From Camelus ferus (taxonomy: Eukaryota): 64,000 bases of DNA. The stretch is from the NCBI RefSeq assembly GCF_009834535.1, contig NC_045698.1, positions 5,582,001-5,646,000 on the forward strand, in the 5' to 3' direction. A model generated the notes under the pieces. It did no database searches, was not told the origin of the DNA, and saw only the letters and a list, made by a program, of their open reading frames with translations. Made by a program: the position numbers and the translations under genes. Below are positions 63,450-64,000 of the stretch, one piece after another (positions within the stretch are counted from its first letter, which is position 1; each line of letters opens with the position of its first letter).

Positions 63450-64000
63450 TTGTGGGGAACATTTTAAAAATGAGATCACAAACATACCAACATTAGTATG
63501 GGGAAAATCGATAGAACTGTCTCCACTGAAGTTAAAATTTCTTTTCAAAGAACAGTATAAACAAAGGTAACAGATGTATTACGGGTGTAGTAACAGTATT
63601 TGCAATAGCTAAACTGACAAAGGATTAATATGGAGGGTATATGATAAGCTATTCCTGTAAGAAAAAAATATGGCAAAAATCTCTAAATAGGCAATTTACA
63701 AAAGGAAAAACCTGAAGAAATTACTAATAAGTATATGTAAAAATTCTGAGCCACCCCAGCAATCAGGGAAGTGCATATTAAAATAACTGTGAGAAACCAC
63801 TCTATACCTATAGACTGGCAAAAATTGATTCTTATTAAGTAATGGTAAGAGTGTGGGGTCTCAAAGCTTAAGCTTAGCTGCTAGGATTATGATGTCACTA
63901 ATTCAGTTATGAAAATTAAGTTGGTAGTATTTTGTAAAATTACACATGTGTATGTACTAAGACAAACATTTTTAGTATATTCATGTCCACGAAGTAGTGT
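63450..64000 (+). mobile_element. Old L1 ORF2 3' fragment
   Basis: CTGACAAAGGATTAATAT...AATCAGGGAAGTGCATATTAAAA...ACCTATAGACTGGCAAAAATT. Confidence 0.75.

Noticed and set aside
1..64000. CRISPR array, operon, intact provirus or other novel multi-gene system
   Set aside because: No regularly spaced repeats, no long ORFs and no gag/pol/env internal sequence seen; content is typical mammalian non-coding DNA

Overview
Mammalian, repeat-rich DNA that looks intergenic or intronic. It is very probably camelid (camel, alpaca or llama), judged from three copies of a short tRNA-Ala-like SINE resembling the camelid Vic-1 family. I recognise no protein-coding gene. The only ORFs with recognisable homology are C-terminal fragments of LINE-1 ORF2p. 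The window holds young and old L1 fragments, five ERV1-like solo LTRs (three with visible 4-bp TSDs), MaLR (MLT1) LTRs, L2, MIR, hAT DNA transposon relics, microsatellites and a CpG island at about 59.4-60.7 kb. The best-supported observations are: (i) an old ~0.86-kb tandem duplication whose second copy preserves the empty site of an L1 inserted in the first; (ii) a twin-primed (5'-inverted) structure for that L1; (iii) three nested insertions that order transposon activity; (iv) a tight cluster of intact palindromic CRE sites. There are also speculative exons of an unidentified minus-strand transcript. I found no convincing evidence of a novel biological system. Repeat family names come from my recollection of consensus sequences, and boundaries of old repeats are approximate.
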